From Botryllus schlosseri (taxonomy: Eukaryota): a stretch of DNA of 64,000 nt. Every line of letters begins with the position of its first letter. The stretch's first letter is position 1. The notes under the pieces are model-generated. The model was not told where the DNA came from and searched no databases. It saw only the letters and a list, made by a program, of their open reading frames with translations. The stretch is from NCBI GenBank assembly GCA_051294905.1, contig CM119371.1, positions 26,104,001 to 26,168,000 of the forward strand, read 5' to 3'. Positions 52,187 to 64,000 of the stretch are shown piece after piece. A program made the translations under genes and the position numbers.

Positions 52187-55100
52187 TCAATTTCGATCAA
52201 TTTCAACTGTGGTAGGCGAGTCATAGTGAGGGTCGTCCATCTCTGATGTGTCGTTGCTATCGAAGTATTAGGTGTTAAAAAATCCCATATTCAGTGTAAT
52301 ATATGATGTGTGACTAACCTCCGCACAACAACATATCCCTGATCACTGGCTGGCCTTTGTCTGTAATAAAATTGACCATTTAAGATCATCTGTTGGCATA
52401 ACATTTTTGCCAAATTCGGAGTAAAGTCAGTAAACTTTCAAGTGACTCACCCCATCAGTATCTGCATGATTTTGAGATCATGTTCTCTGTCTTTTTCGCT
52501 CTGCTCTCTCTACAAAACCGCACAAAGATGGTCAATAAATGTGATCATATCCAGATAAGTAGGAAGCTAGTAGCCATCATATGTAATTAATATTGTGTAG
52601 ATAAACATCTGATTGCAACACGGTATTCTTAGTTTCATATTTGATGATTCTTGCCTACCTGAAACTCAATCATGCGCTCCATTCTCTGGTCTGCTCTCTC
52701 ATTCAAATCTTCCATCACATCACCTAAAACCAATGTACAAACAGGTTCAACGTACACATTTGGCTAGTCAACATCTATCAACGATTCTTTTCAGTTGTGA
52801 CATACAGCAAACCCAGTGATGTCAATCATCCAGCATGCGAAGCTATTCAGCACATTTCTATCAAAAGCTGATAAGGAATATCTTTACGATAAACCCACGA
52901 GACGACAAATGCCGAACATGCCACATTATAATCATTAGGACTAAAACAAGGTATCATGAAAGTATGCCAACTTACATTGTGGTAACCTGCAAGTTAGAGC
53001 CACTGTGTTCAATCGGTTTGTCATCGAATTTTGCCAATATCATTGCTTACGAATAAACCTTCACATTCTGTATAGGCTTGATAATGAAGCATTCCAGTGA
53101 TCAATTAAGGTATGGACTTGAATCTAACACTTCGGCATCATTTGATTGGTTCAGGCCGCGAGTGATCAATAAGTTAGAATCCGGCCCACAACCCGTATTC
53201 AGTTTGACAACCCGTGTAACCCATCAAAAACCCTTACGTAGTTGTGCACCATGACGCCCTCTTCCAATCGATCCTGAAAAATTGAACAATCATTTAGTGA
53301 TGATATAAATTTAAAAAAATCAATGTCCAGTTGAAAGAAGCAGTCAATAAATAGTGGTCAGGAACGCAACAACGAAGATAGAAATATCATAAACAGCTCA
53401 CATATGCAATTCGATCATAAATGGGATCTACAACTACGTACGACTTTATGTTATTAATAACCACAACGAATATTGAACAAGCATCCCTCACCACTGTCCG
53501 AAGTTCGCCTCCTTTTCGACTGGGACTGAACTCGGCATCACTGCTGCTAGCCGTGGACGGTCTGCAAGCGCCGCCTAGCAAAACAAATTGAGCAAAACTA
53601 GTTCCATGATTATGAACCTAAACCCAGACTTTGCAACTTTGCTACATTTCTAACAGGGATGGTGTGAACCTCTGAAAGGTTCAGGTTCGTGAGAACGCGA
53701 ACCTTTTTGAAAGGTTCTGTGTGAACGCGAACGTGAACCTCATGACGTCACGTGACATCATATTGCTAATTCCAACCCTACATTTCAATGAAGTGATATC
53801 CTATAACAATGTACGTACACGAAACACGATACCTAACGACGACTCGGGCCGCAATGCTGTAGTACATATTGCCGTTTTAAATGTCACCAAATGAATCAAG
53901 TAAAGCAGTGGTTCCCAACCTTTTTCCATCCACGTACCACTTCGAGGTTTTATGCAGTGCTCGCGTACCACCTACATAAGTTACGCGTGCCGTAAGCGGT
54001 CAAAAATGTTTTCACTACTTATGACGTCATAATCACGTAATTGGCCTATGAGAGGTGTAAGAACTAGAGCGAATTGTTACCTAAAAACGGAGGATTTTGA
54101 CCTAAAAAAACTTAATTTTGACCAAATGTTGACCTCACGTATGCAAATTAGGTGTTTTCGCTCATAATGGTAAAACTGTACTACTTATATTCATTTTTGG
54201 TTGGGACTGTCTGTCCTTACGAAGTAGTTTGGCCTGAAAAAGCGTTTTTGACTTAAAAACAGACAAATTTTTACATGAAAAAAACTTTATTTCAACGATA
54301 TCTAGCCCTATGAGGAATTCCAGTAGTTACACCACGTATTATGGTAGAGTTGATTAAAATGTGTTGTAGTACAACGAAAGATTCTTTCCTACATTCTCGG
54401 ATAGAAAGTGTCTTTCCTTACTAAGTAGCTTGTCAAGAATGGAGAAAGAGCGTTCAACAGCAGCATTTGTTGGCTGACAACACTGAAGTTGTGTGTAGGC
54501 CTGCACTGCTGGTGACACACCATGTTGCTTTGTTATGACCATGTTGTCAGCATCACAATTTCTCATCATGCGCTTCTTGATATAAGAACCATGCAATGCG
54601 CAAACAGTCTTGCTCCCGTTGGGATAATGTGGGACGTTGACCATAACACCATGTCAATTGTCAACCTTTTTGTTTCGATTGACCGCTTATGATTCACCAT
54701 GAGCAGACAATGGGCCGTCTACAACGGTAGGCCTATAAAGTAGGCTATGAGCTGTAAAATATCAAATGATAAGTTCACCGACAGTGCAAACTCTACAAAC
54801 GAAATGGAGGGGTCGAAAAAATTTTGATTTTGTAAGCAATTTTGACAATTTTTTTACCTAACGCTTCAATTTCGACAAAATTTTGACTCATTTCGACATG
54901 TCAAAAAATATCGCCCTAGTAATAACAAATTCCATTGAACTAGGCATTATCAGCCACGGCCGATGGGATGCAAGGGATCGTTTATTCCCCACTAGTCAAT
55001 AAACTTAAAAAAATTCAAAATCAACCCCACCTGAACTAATGACTCCCTTCGGCAGAAAAAAAAAGAATCTACTCGCGTACCACCTGGAAGACCTTCGCGT

Positions 55101-56230
55101 ACCACTAGTGGTACGCGTACCACAGGTTGGGAACCACTGAAGTAAAGCAATCAAATGATATATTAATCCCATAAAATCAATATCTACCGTTGCTTTGCCG
55201 ACAATTTCGACGAGGACATGCAAGGGAATATAAGGTTACGCCTTAACGGTCCAGGCCAGACCGGACAATGTATTCGGCGTCTGAGTATTGCTGCGTTGAT
55301 ATTGAGCAGAGTGTAAAACGGGTTTCTATACTTGCTACCGATACCGATATAAACATATGAAATCAAGATTGATCCCATACGCCAACTAGAATTTATTACA
55401 CCAGGGAACGATATCAATTTCATTGATTGGTTGAATAAGCCTCATTCGCTGACTACCTACATACACGTATTGTATTTCGCTCTTGATATTGTGTGATTGC
55501 GGGTCAAGCTCACAGCAGAGAGTCACTAAATATTCACAAACGGAATGCTGCATATTTCGAGCCAAGCAAGCAAGTAAGTAAGCAAGTAAAATAAGTAAGA
55601 TTGTCAAGGTGTATGCTCGTTTAGTGTTCATTTTTTTATGCTGCCAGCGCCATGCATAGAGTGGCCCGCAATTGAAATGCAATAAATTTCAACCAAAGAT
55701 GTTATAATGAAGTGGAAATTGTAATATATGAAAAAGGTTCACAGTGCAGAACCTACCAAGGTTCGTTTGTGAACGTGAACCTCTAAATTTCTGAGGTTCA
55801 CACACAGAACGCGAACGTGAACCTCGCGTTCACACCATCCCTAATTTCTACCCATAAACATAAACAAAATGCAGTACTCACCTTCCATTGAACTTAAGAC
55901 ATCTGGACGTGTAAGGTCCTTGTCATGTAGAATTGGATCCATGATATCATAAGCGTCAACGATGGACGATGGCATAACTGCCTCTCCCCCACCGGTCTTT
56001 CTTGTGGAATCCTTATATTTGCGATACTCGCGAATTAGTCTTTGCATCCGCTTGTAACATTGGTCATGATCCCGCCCCGGTAGAGATTTGGATATGGTCG
56101 TAAATATCTCCCTATTTGTTCCACTTCGATTTCTAATCTTTTGCTGGATGGTATCATCTGCCCAGTTGGTTACTAGGGTTATTGTCTCTTCTTTACTCCA
56201 AGTCACTCCTCTATATTTTTCCGAATTCAT
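52187..56230 (-). CDS. Harbinger Myb/SANT (trihelix-like) DNA-binding protein, multi-exon; middle exons uncertain
   Basis: Exon 56230-55882 WSKEETITLVTNW...IFTTISKSL...RDHDQCYKRMQRLIREYRK; later exons 53574-53492, ~52722-52658 (DVMEDLNERADQRMERMIEFQ), ~52510-52452 (REQSEKDREHDLKIMQILM), ~52361-52320 and 52256-52187. Confidence 0.75.
53654..55843. mobile_element. hAT element in intron 1 of the Myb/SANT gene
   Basis: CAGGGATGGTGTGAAC / GTTCACACCATCCCTA; TSD atttctaa / atttctac; subterminal GAACGCGAAC repeats. Confidence 0.85.
53906..55139 (-). mobile_element. hAT element with dimerization-domain remnant
   Basis: CAGTGGTTCCCAACC termini; perfect TSD AAGTAAAG; LQCCQPTNAAVERSFSILDKLL on minus at ~54420-54490. 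Confidence 0.9.
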
Positions 56231-57264
56231 GATATATTTACGCCAATAGTTTCTGCAAATTATCATAAATTATCCTTCTCCTTCTTCAGTCATGGCATCA
56301 CAGAATTACAATACACCAATATTATATACAAAATAGGGTTAAGTTTGCGACTACGACGTCAACGATGTACTGCAGCTATCGAAAATACTACCCTACTCAA
56401 TATATTGGATTCCTATCAACGAACTATAGGTTCTCGCGTATACACTATACAGCTGACTTCGAAACAAACACACCATCCAGAATGCAACAGGGGTTAAACC
56501 CGCTCAGACGCCAAACGCCAGACGCCAAACGCCGCGCGGCGGCCGAATGTCTATACGGCGTTTGGCGTCTGTTATGTTCAGACGCCGAGTAGCTATACGG
56601 CGTTCGGTGTCTGTTCAGACGCCGAGTAGCTATACGGCGTTTGGTGTCTGTTCAGACGCCGAGTAGCTATACGGCGTTTGGTGTCTGGTATGTTGAGAAT
56701 AGGGTTTGATTTGAAGGTTGAGGCTTGAACAGGAGTTTTATGCAGCTAAATCTAAGCAAAGCATGTCATATCATTGGCCAGTGGGCAAGTGGTTTGATGG
56801 TTGTTTCGTGTGTACCTGTACAGTGTACAGTCCTGTACACTGACTGTACCGTACACGCTACTAAGTGACGACATCGCGTGTGCTTCGGTGCTGGGTCGAC
56901 ACTGAAGATCTGGCTGCTTGAGAACATACACGTTTCGTATTAGACAGATCGTCAGTCACGTTACTACAGATACTGCATGATTTGTTGCTGGAAACTTAAC
57001 CACCGCAAGAAGATTACAGTATGTGACGTGTAGTAACAAGATATTTTATTGTTTTCTAGTAGGCCTATAGTTAGTTAGTGATTCTAGACTAGACTGAAAC
57101 AGCTGCAAAATCCTTTGTATCTCCACTTCTGTATCTCACTTTGTATCTCCACTGCTGTGGTAAATCAACAGTTCGCGTCACTGAGATCGTATTCAAGACA
57201 CACCTAAAATTTCGTTTCCATATTACTCCGCAAAATTCTACACAACACAAGTATACTCCAACAG

Positions 57265-59197
57265 ATCTTCGGTTGTGAGAAGTTCAAGGTTAAAGACCAG
57301 GATTGATGTTCAAAAAGATGGATGAAATTGTGGAGTACTTGCTTTGAAGGTTTGTGATGCGTTCACTTATTGAGATTTGAGAAAATTGATTTGTAATCTA
57401 CTTTCACGTAATAGGCCGCCGAACTCTACCCGATGCAAACCTGGATTTTGATCATTCTCGACGAGCTTGCGAAAGCTACCGCCAGCAGTTTGGTCAAATC
57501 TTGCTTGATGCGACGGGTATGTTAGTCAATGTTGGATTAAAACCATTTTAAATACGTAGTATGTTTTGCATGCAGATGAATAAGAATTGGGAGATTATTG
57601 CGCTGAATGCAGTGGTCCAAACCCAATAAAAAAACATGAAATGGGTAGGGGAAATGTGGCACCGATGAGACAGTGGGACCGAAAATACTTGAAAAATTAT
57701 CTGAGATAATCCTATGATTACAGTACGTGAATTTGTCTATAAATGCATGCTGGCAAAATCTTTCACACTAACAAACCAGCCATTATTTTTAATGTGAAGT
57801 GTAGGGCTTGTATCAGGGTATATAATGCCACATCTTTTTTAATTCAATACCATCCTCAAGTTGACTATTTTCAATTCAATTACAATATTTATAGGGTTGG
57901 GGGCCTATGGTACCATAACCAAATCAAGCAAAATGTTTGAATCAACTAATCACTTAACAACAGAAACACGCCTACACATATAGAGGCTGCAAATCATAGT
58001 TTCCTGTGGTGCTTTATCACTATAACGAGGTAATTGAAAGTCAAAATGTCGATTTACGGGTAACATGTATGTGCCAGGGCGTAAATCGAAACGCGATTTT
58101 ATTCCAACATTTGAGTTGATATAGTCAAATAATCTATTTTATTCTTGAAGGTGGTCCCAGGTCCCATGATTGTGTCACTCGTGTGCCTTTGGACCTGCCG
58201 AGTGGGGACCAACGATGCGTTCGAGCAACAAATTTTGAACGTTCATGAATATTTATGAAAAAGCGGATATTCATGTAAATGTCCAAGATACGTAGAGCTT
58301 GGATCAAAGTGTTGAGCCAGCAAAAGATATATTCTCGGCTGAAGATTTGAGGACCAGAGAACATTTTGCAATTTTTGATCCATCGCAGGGTTGTAACCAA
58401 GTCACAAGGCTGCGAGTCACAAGTCAATCTCACTTTTACAGTTTTGACTCGAGTCAAGTCGAGTCATTTTCAATTTACCATCGAGTCAAGTCCGAGTCCA
58501 AGTCATCGAGCAGCGGTTCGAGTCCGAGTCATGGTGTTATGACTCGAGTCCGAGTCCAAGTCATCGAGCAGCGGTTCGAGTCCGAGTCATGGTGTTATGA
58601 CTCGAGTCCGAGTCCAAGTCATTGTGTTGACTGCTCAGTGCTCACTTTCCAGTTAAGGTCATGTTAAACCCACTTTTATAACTCTATTTGGTGATATCGA
58701 ATGGTTCGCATTTATATTATACTAATTTTCCTCACATTTTGCCGTTTCTGGTCGCATTTTCAAGTACCAGTAGCCTACTAATAGACAAAATCCCAATAAG
58801 GTGGTTACTATACTATTTTTCGAAATTACAATGAAATGTCGGTCTTTGCCGTCTGAGTCTCGAGTCATATGACTTGGTTCGAGTCATGAGCAATGACTCG
58901 AGTCCAAGTCGAGTCAATACACAGATTGACTCGAGTCGAGTCATTTCCGTATTTTGAGAAAATGACTCGAGTCAAGTCGAGTCATCAAAAAATCGTGACT
59001 CGAGTCATTACAACCCTGATCCATCGGTACCGCATCTTTCCTATGCAATTACGAGATTACATTTGTCAGGTATATTGATCCTAACTTGTTTCCAGGATGC
59101 GTGTGACGGCTGTGGTCGATGGACGCACGAGCACTGTTGCTCGGGACAGCAGATACCTGATCCTGATTTTTATTGCATGCTATGTACCCAGATGTAA
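57265..59197 (+). pseudogene. decayed spliced Ulp1/SENP-like protease C-terminus plus PHD finger
   Basis: Exons 57265-57349 (QKDG*NCGVLALK), 57415-57516 (NLDFDHSRRACESYRQQFGQILL), 57576-57644 (YCAEC...KW) and 59096-59197 (CDGCGRWTHEHC...FYCMLC*), each bounded by AG/GT. Confidence 0.7.
58386..59018. mobile_element. hAT MITE with GACTCGAGTC repeats
   Basis: CAGGGTTGTAA termini; perfect TSD ATCCATCG. Confidence 0.92.
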
Positions 59198-59224
59198 ATT
59201 CTAATGTTTATATTTTATTTAGGA

Positions 59225-59510
59225 AATTTTACTGTGGTTTCGTTGCTTGTTTCATAATGATTTTTACTGTGGTTTCATTGCTTATATCTCGGTCACTTTT
59301 ACTGTGGTTCCACTGCTGGCTTCTCAATGATGTTTGCTGTGGTTCCATTGCTTATTTCTCTGTGACTTCTACTGTGGTTCCACTGCTTATTTCTTTGTGA
59401 CTTTTTCTGTGGTTTCGTTGCTTGTTTCTAAATGACTTTTACTGTGGTTTTGTTGCTTGGTAATTTTTAATGTGGTATTCGTTGCATATTTCTTATTGTG
59501 GTTTCATTAC
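59225..59510 (+). repeat. degenerate ~32-34 bp tandem repeat
   Basis: Repeated TTTTACTGTGGTTTCGTTGCTT units. Confidence 0.75.
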
Positions 59511-61142
59511 ATACTGTATCTACAGACTTGGGTCTGAAATTCATTGCGAGTGTACAAATAAAGGGTTGGGTTCAAGTCACTACCTTCGAATCACGAGTCA
59601 TTGCACATTTTGACTCACTCGAGTCAAGTCAAGTCATTTTAGCAAAGTGACTTGGGTCGAGTCAAGTCATGACTCGAGTCATCCCAACACTGATATGGGG
59701 TGGTGACAGGGTTGTAACCAACTCAATTTGACTCGAGTCATTTTCAATTCACCACCGAGTCAATTCCAAGAGCACTGGGTTGAGTCCAAGTCATGGTGTT
59801 TAATGTTCCCCCATCCAGTTCAGCTTTAGGTCACTTCTGTGGAACTGTCGGGGGGTGATATCGAAGGCCTCAGATAATTCATATCTTCATTTTTCCCACT
59901 CTGAACATGTTTATTGTAACAGATAAAAGGCAGGTTTAGGGCCTATTTTTCATTTATCAGTCCTGATATACTATTCTTGAATAAGCCATAGAATGAGTAA
60001 ATCCATTTTTAAGTCGAGTTAGTAGCATAACGACAGGAGGTGATCAAGTAGGTCTTTTTAGAATCTGAACATACAATCATTTGGGATTCTGCCAACGCTT
60101 ATTATGAAAAAATGTAACAATATGCAATTTTCGGTATCATATAGTTGCGAGAACTCAATAGTCGCGCCATGAAAGGATTTAGCCTCTGCTCAGTTTACCG
60201 AGACACCAAACGCCGTATAGCTACTCGGCGTCTCAACATACCAGACGCCGAACGCCGTATAGCTACTCGGTGTCTGAACATAGCAGACGCCAAACGCCGT
60301 ATAGCTACTCGGCGTCTGAACATAACAGACGCCAAACGCCGTATAGCTACTCGGCGTCTCAGAAAACCAGACGCCAAACGCCGTATAGACATTCGGCCGC
60401 CGCGCGGCGTTTGGCGTCTGGCGTTTGGCCTCTGAGCGGGTTTAACCCCTACTCCCAGAATGAACATAGCGTTACCGTAACAAAAAGTATGATTGACAGC
60501 ATTCCGGGAACACAGCAGCGCCATTGGTGTTCATACCGGGTATGCCCCGTAAAAATCTCCGAAAATAAGCACGTTCATACCGCCTCGAAAGACCAGTGTT
60601 ATGTTCACATAGACGGGTTCCGGTAAATATTTTCGGGAAATGTTATTCCCGAAACTCCGGTATGAAAAGGGCCTAAAGCGTCAAATGTAAACAGTTTTGC
60701 CTACAGTCAATTTAGTAGAAGTGGACACAGTTTAAAACCATAAACACTCGATAAAGTATTACAAGTATCCAAAACCTCCTTGAGTATACTCTGAGTCGAA
60801 GTACTTCGTTACTGGCTACCTCTGTGGTCAGATATATGAAGGTGTGGACAGTGCTGGGGTGAAAGATTATTTAAATCATCAGCAGAAATGGGATATCTGA
60901 TATCAGAGTAGTGCAACGAAAGCAGTGGCGACAAATAGCGATATCGGCAGAATTCGTCATTAAGCGTTGATCTAGCCAGTACGATTCACAAATTTCTTCC
61001 TCTTCAAGTCATATAAAATATGCCAGTCAATGACTTGGGTCGAGTCATGCGTAATGACTCGAGTACAAGTCGAGTCAATCCAAATATTGACTCGAGTCGA
61101 GTCGAGTCACCAAAAATTCGTGACTCGAGTCATTACAACCCT

Positions 61143-61430
61143 GATAAAGACTGAATAATAGGGGTCCTGAACCTAAAACGGAGCCCTGTTGTACACCACA
61201 CAATATGTCACCCTTTTCAGAAGGTAGGTGATCCTTACTGTAAACATATTGACATCGATTGGTAAGATAGCTTGTAATCAAATCCAAGGCTACACCTCTG
61301 ATACCATAACACGAGAGTTTACTTGTAAGTATTGTCGACAGTGTCGAAAGCTTTTTTTTTATATCAAGAAAAACAACACATGAAATCATACCAGAGTTGT
61401 GTCAACAGAGTATAAGCTTCAACAAAGTCC
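61143..61430 (-). pseudogene. non-LTR retrotransposon (CR1/L2-like) reverse-transcriptase fragment
   Basis: VFLDIKK(AFDTVD)...KLSCYGIRGVALDLITSYLTNRCQYV...GVQQGSVLG..PLLF. Confidence 0.85.
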
Positions 61431-62282
61431 AGGAGAAGGTTACTTGAGAAGATTGTGAGATGCGCCTGATCCGCGGTCGGCCATTTACATTGGAATTTTT
61501 TTTGATAGTCCGCAGGACGGCAGGTGCCCTCCGTCCGCCGTTTAGTATTGCAAGTTCCACCTGTTTCGCGGTCCGCTCGGTCCGCCGTTTAGTATTACAA
61601 GTTCCGAAGTTCCGCCGTTTAGTTTTAAACAATTTTGTTATTGTCCGCTCGGTACACAGTTCCGCTGAGTCCGTGGATTAGTACCAAAAGTTCCGCGGTC
61701 CGCACGTTCCGTCGTTCAAAGTTGCCCTTGTAGCGGTTGTGTATGTAAAAGAAAATAGCTGCCGAATAACTTAAACCTGAATCAGAATGAGAAACGTGTC
61801 GTGTCGTCATTGTGATACCAGTTCTGTTGCGTGATGTTGTTGCAGATGCAGCCAGTGCTATAGCTCAGCGGAGTTAACACTACCGTACTAATAGTTGCGT
61901 AGCCATGGGGTGGATTTATAACTATGAAAAAGGTAATGATACTTACAGTTTTTATAGCACTGGTTCAGTATACCTCCCACATTGAAAAGTGTTCCCCATG
62001 GTCATCACAAATCGGTGTTCCCAAACATACCATGCATCGTGCGCGGAGGCGATTGAAATATCTGATGCTGTAGAATTTTTGGGTCAACTATTTGAAATGA
62101 TGTATTGGTAATGCATATTTGAAACGTGCATTGCATTTCACAAGCCAAATGTAACTCAATCTGAGAGATTTACGATACAGATTGTCGTATCAATTAAAAG
62201 AGATATCCGGTTGAAAACACTTGAATGTCATGCTCATACCATAAATGTTGTCGTATTCATGGGAAACACTGCTGTGTTGCTC

Positions 62283-63464
62283 GACATATGAGCATGCGAC
62301 ACAATGGAAAACGACAGTTCAGCATGGAACACATCAGCATGCGTCACTTAAGCATGTGACTTCATAACCCAAAAAACTTGGCACTTCTTCGATAGTAGGT
62401 AGACATCGAAAAGTGTTCACCATGATCACCAATGAATGTTTCTCATGAATACGAATAAAAATTTATAAACGTCAAAATATATTGTTTTTGCGTTTGGGGA
62501 GGGTTAGGGTCAAAGTTGGGTTTAGGGTATCCCAAGATTAGGGTTGGAGTATTAGGGTGGGAGGGGGATATTAGGGTTTGGGGAGGGGGGATATTAGGGT
62601 TGTGGGAGGGGGGATATTATGGGTTGGGGTTAGGGGGATATTAGGGTTGCGGGAGGGAGATATTAGGGTTGTGGGAGGGGATATTAGGGTTGCGGGAGGG
62701 GGATATTAGGGTTGCGGGAGGGGGGATATTAGGGTTGGGGTTAGGGGATATTAGGGTTGCGGGAGGGGGATATTAGGGTTGGAGTTAGGTGGATATTAGG
62801 GTTGGAGGTGGGTTAGGTTCAACGTTGGGATTAGATTACCCCTACCCGGGGTTTAACCCACCTCCAATCTCCCTTTCACCCAACCCTAATATCCCCTCTC
62901 CCACAGCCCTAATATAGCCTAACCCCAACATCCCCCTCCCACAACCCTAATATCCCCCTCCCGCAACCCTAATATCCCCCCTCCCGCAACCCTAATATCC
63001 CCCCTCCTGCAACCCTAATATCCCCTCTCCCGCAACCCTAATATCCCCCTTCCTAATCTCGGGATACCTAACCTCAACTTTGACCCTAACCCACCTCCAA
63101 TCCCCCTTTCCTCAAACCTTAATATCCCTCTTTCCCCAATCCTAATACCCCCCGACCCGACCCTAATATCCGTCTCTCCAAAGACACAAAAAACAACAAT
63201 TCAATTTGACGTTTATAAATTTTTATTCGTGTTCATGAGAAACATTCATTGGTGATCATGGTGAACACTTTTCGATGTCTACCTACTATCGAAGAAGTGC
63301 CAAAAACTTACCCTAACCCGAAGCATAGCCTAACCTAACCTAACCTAAAGCCTAACCCAACCATAAATCCAACCCTAACCTACCCCTAACCCATAATTTA
63401 ACCCACATGCTCATGTGTCGCATGCCAAAGTCTCGCATGCTGCAATGTCGCATGCTCATATGTC
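62283..63464. mobile_element. small inverted-repeat element with CCTAAC repeats, hosting a Merlin-like MITE
   Basis: GACATATGAGCATGCGACA / TGTCGCATGCTCATATGTC inverted repeat; absent from the paralogous segment near 12030. Confidence 0.6.
62380..63301. mobile_element. Merlin-like MITE with TTAGGG-containing minisatellite
   Basis: Near-identical TIRs to 10371-12000; perfect TSD AAAAACTT. Confidence 0.85.
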
Positions 63465-64000
63465 CACGGACCATCCATTCGCAACTGCAGCGCCTGCATA
63501 AGTCGGCTATTTTTGAAATCTTTCAACTGTAATTATTGTCGCATCAAGCTTGCAGCCTCAGACCGGTGTCAGGAAGTTCATCTCATGTTAGTTGGGTAAC
63601 GTCGCATTGTGACTTGAATTAGAAAGAAACATTGAGCTGCTTCATTTATGGTCTTTTCATATAATAATATTTTCACTGTTAAAAATTTCAGTAGTCAGGC
63701 TGGGTAGAATGCTGAGTTTTTCAAGTACTGTAATCACATTCCTCTCTCCGCTAATCGCCATATTACCGTACCACTGCCATACACCAGTGTTGGAAGTGAA
63801 GCAAATATCTATTGTAAGCCTAATTTCTCTTCTTAAAATGGAAAAACTTCCTTATCATTTATCTATGTTATTATGCGGCTATTACCATTTGGAAATTAGG
63901 TTGGTGTTTTCATGCTGCCAAGATAATGCAAATAAATTCAGTGAGTCATACAAATTACTCGCGTGATGCTGCGTGACTGCCTGTTTCTTAGCGCGACAGC

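Larger units (their letters stand above)
56488..60451 (+). mobile_element. long-TIR DNA transposon derivative of unresolved superfamily
   Basis: ~200-250 bp inverted ends starting AGGGGTTAAACCCGCTCAGA with 31-37 bp subterminal repeats; TSD unclear. Confidence 0.85.
49668..60673 (+). mobile_element. PIF/Harbinger DNA transposon, full length with nested insertions
   Basis: Perfect 18 bp TIR GGCCCTTTTCATACCGGA at both ends; TAA TSD (49665-49667, 60674-60676); DDE transposase plus Myb/SANT gene. Confidence 0.95.
61750..64000 (+). repeat. diverged paralogue of segment ~9865-12660
   Basis: Collinear matches, e.g. TAGCTGCCGAA..., GTTCTGTTGCGTGATGTTGTTGCAG and GTGACTGCCTGTTTCTTAGCGCGACAG. Confidence 0.85.

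Noticed and set aside
60145..60626. Arg-rich repetitive ORFs or a CRISPR-like array
   Set aside because: They are the subterminal repeats of the 56488-60451 element; no unique spacers or cas genes, and the context is eukaryotic.

Overview
Eukaryotic (animal, probably invertebrate) DNA dominated by transposons; no prokaryotic features. Host coding content is a cluster of three tandem C2H2 zinc-finger exons (33.4-35.4, 39.3-40.6, 44.7-45.7 kb); the first two come from a ~5.5 kb tandem duplication. The rest is mostly nested DNA transposons, many with readable TIRs and target-site duplications (TSDs). These include an 11 kb PIF/Harbinger element (TAA TSD, spliced DDE transposase pseudogene plus a convergent Myb/SANT gene), many hAT/Buster derivatives, a Tc2-like element, tRNA-derived SINEs and a LINE RT fragment. 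Three items stand out. (1) A long-TIR element nested in the Harbinger carries decayed spliced exons for a Ulp1/SENP-like SUMO-protease end followed by a PHD finger, which the ORF track misses. (2) Merlin-like MITEs carry head-to-head TTAGGG-containing G-rich arrays. (3) A hAT transposase remnant resembles, from memory, non-animal (oomycete/algal/moss) hATs and sits at the centre of a four-level nest. All calls were read by eye; no searches were run.
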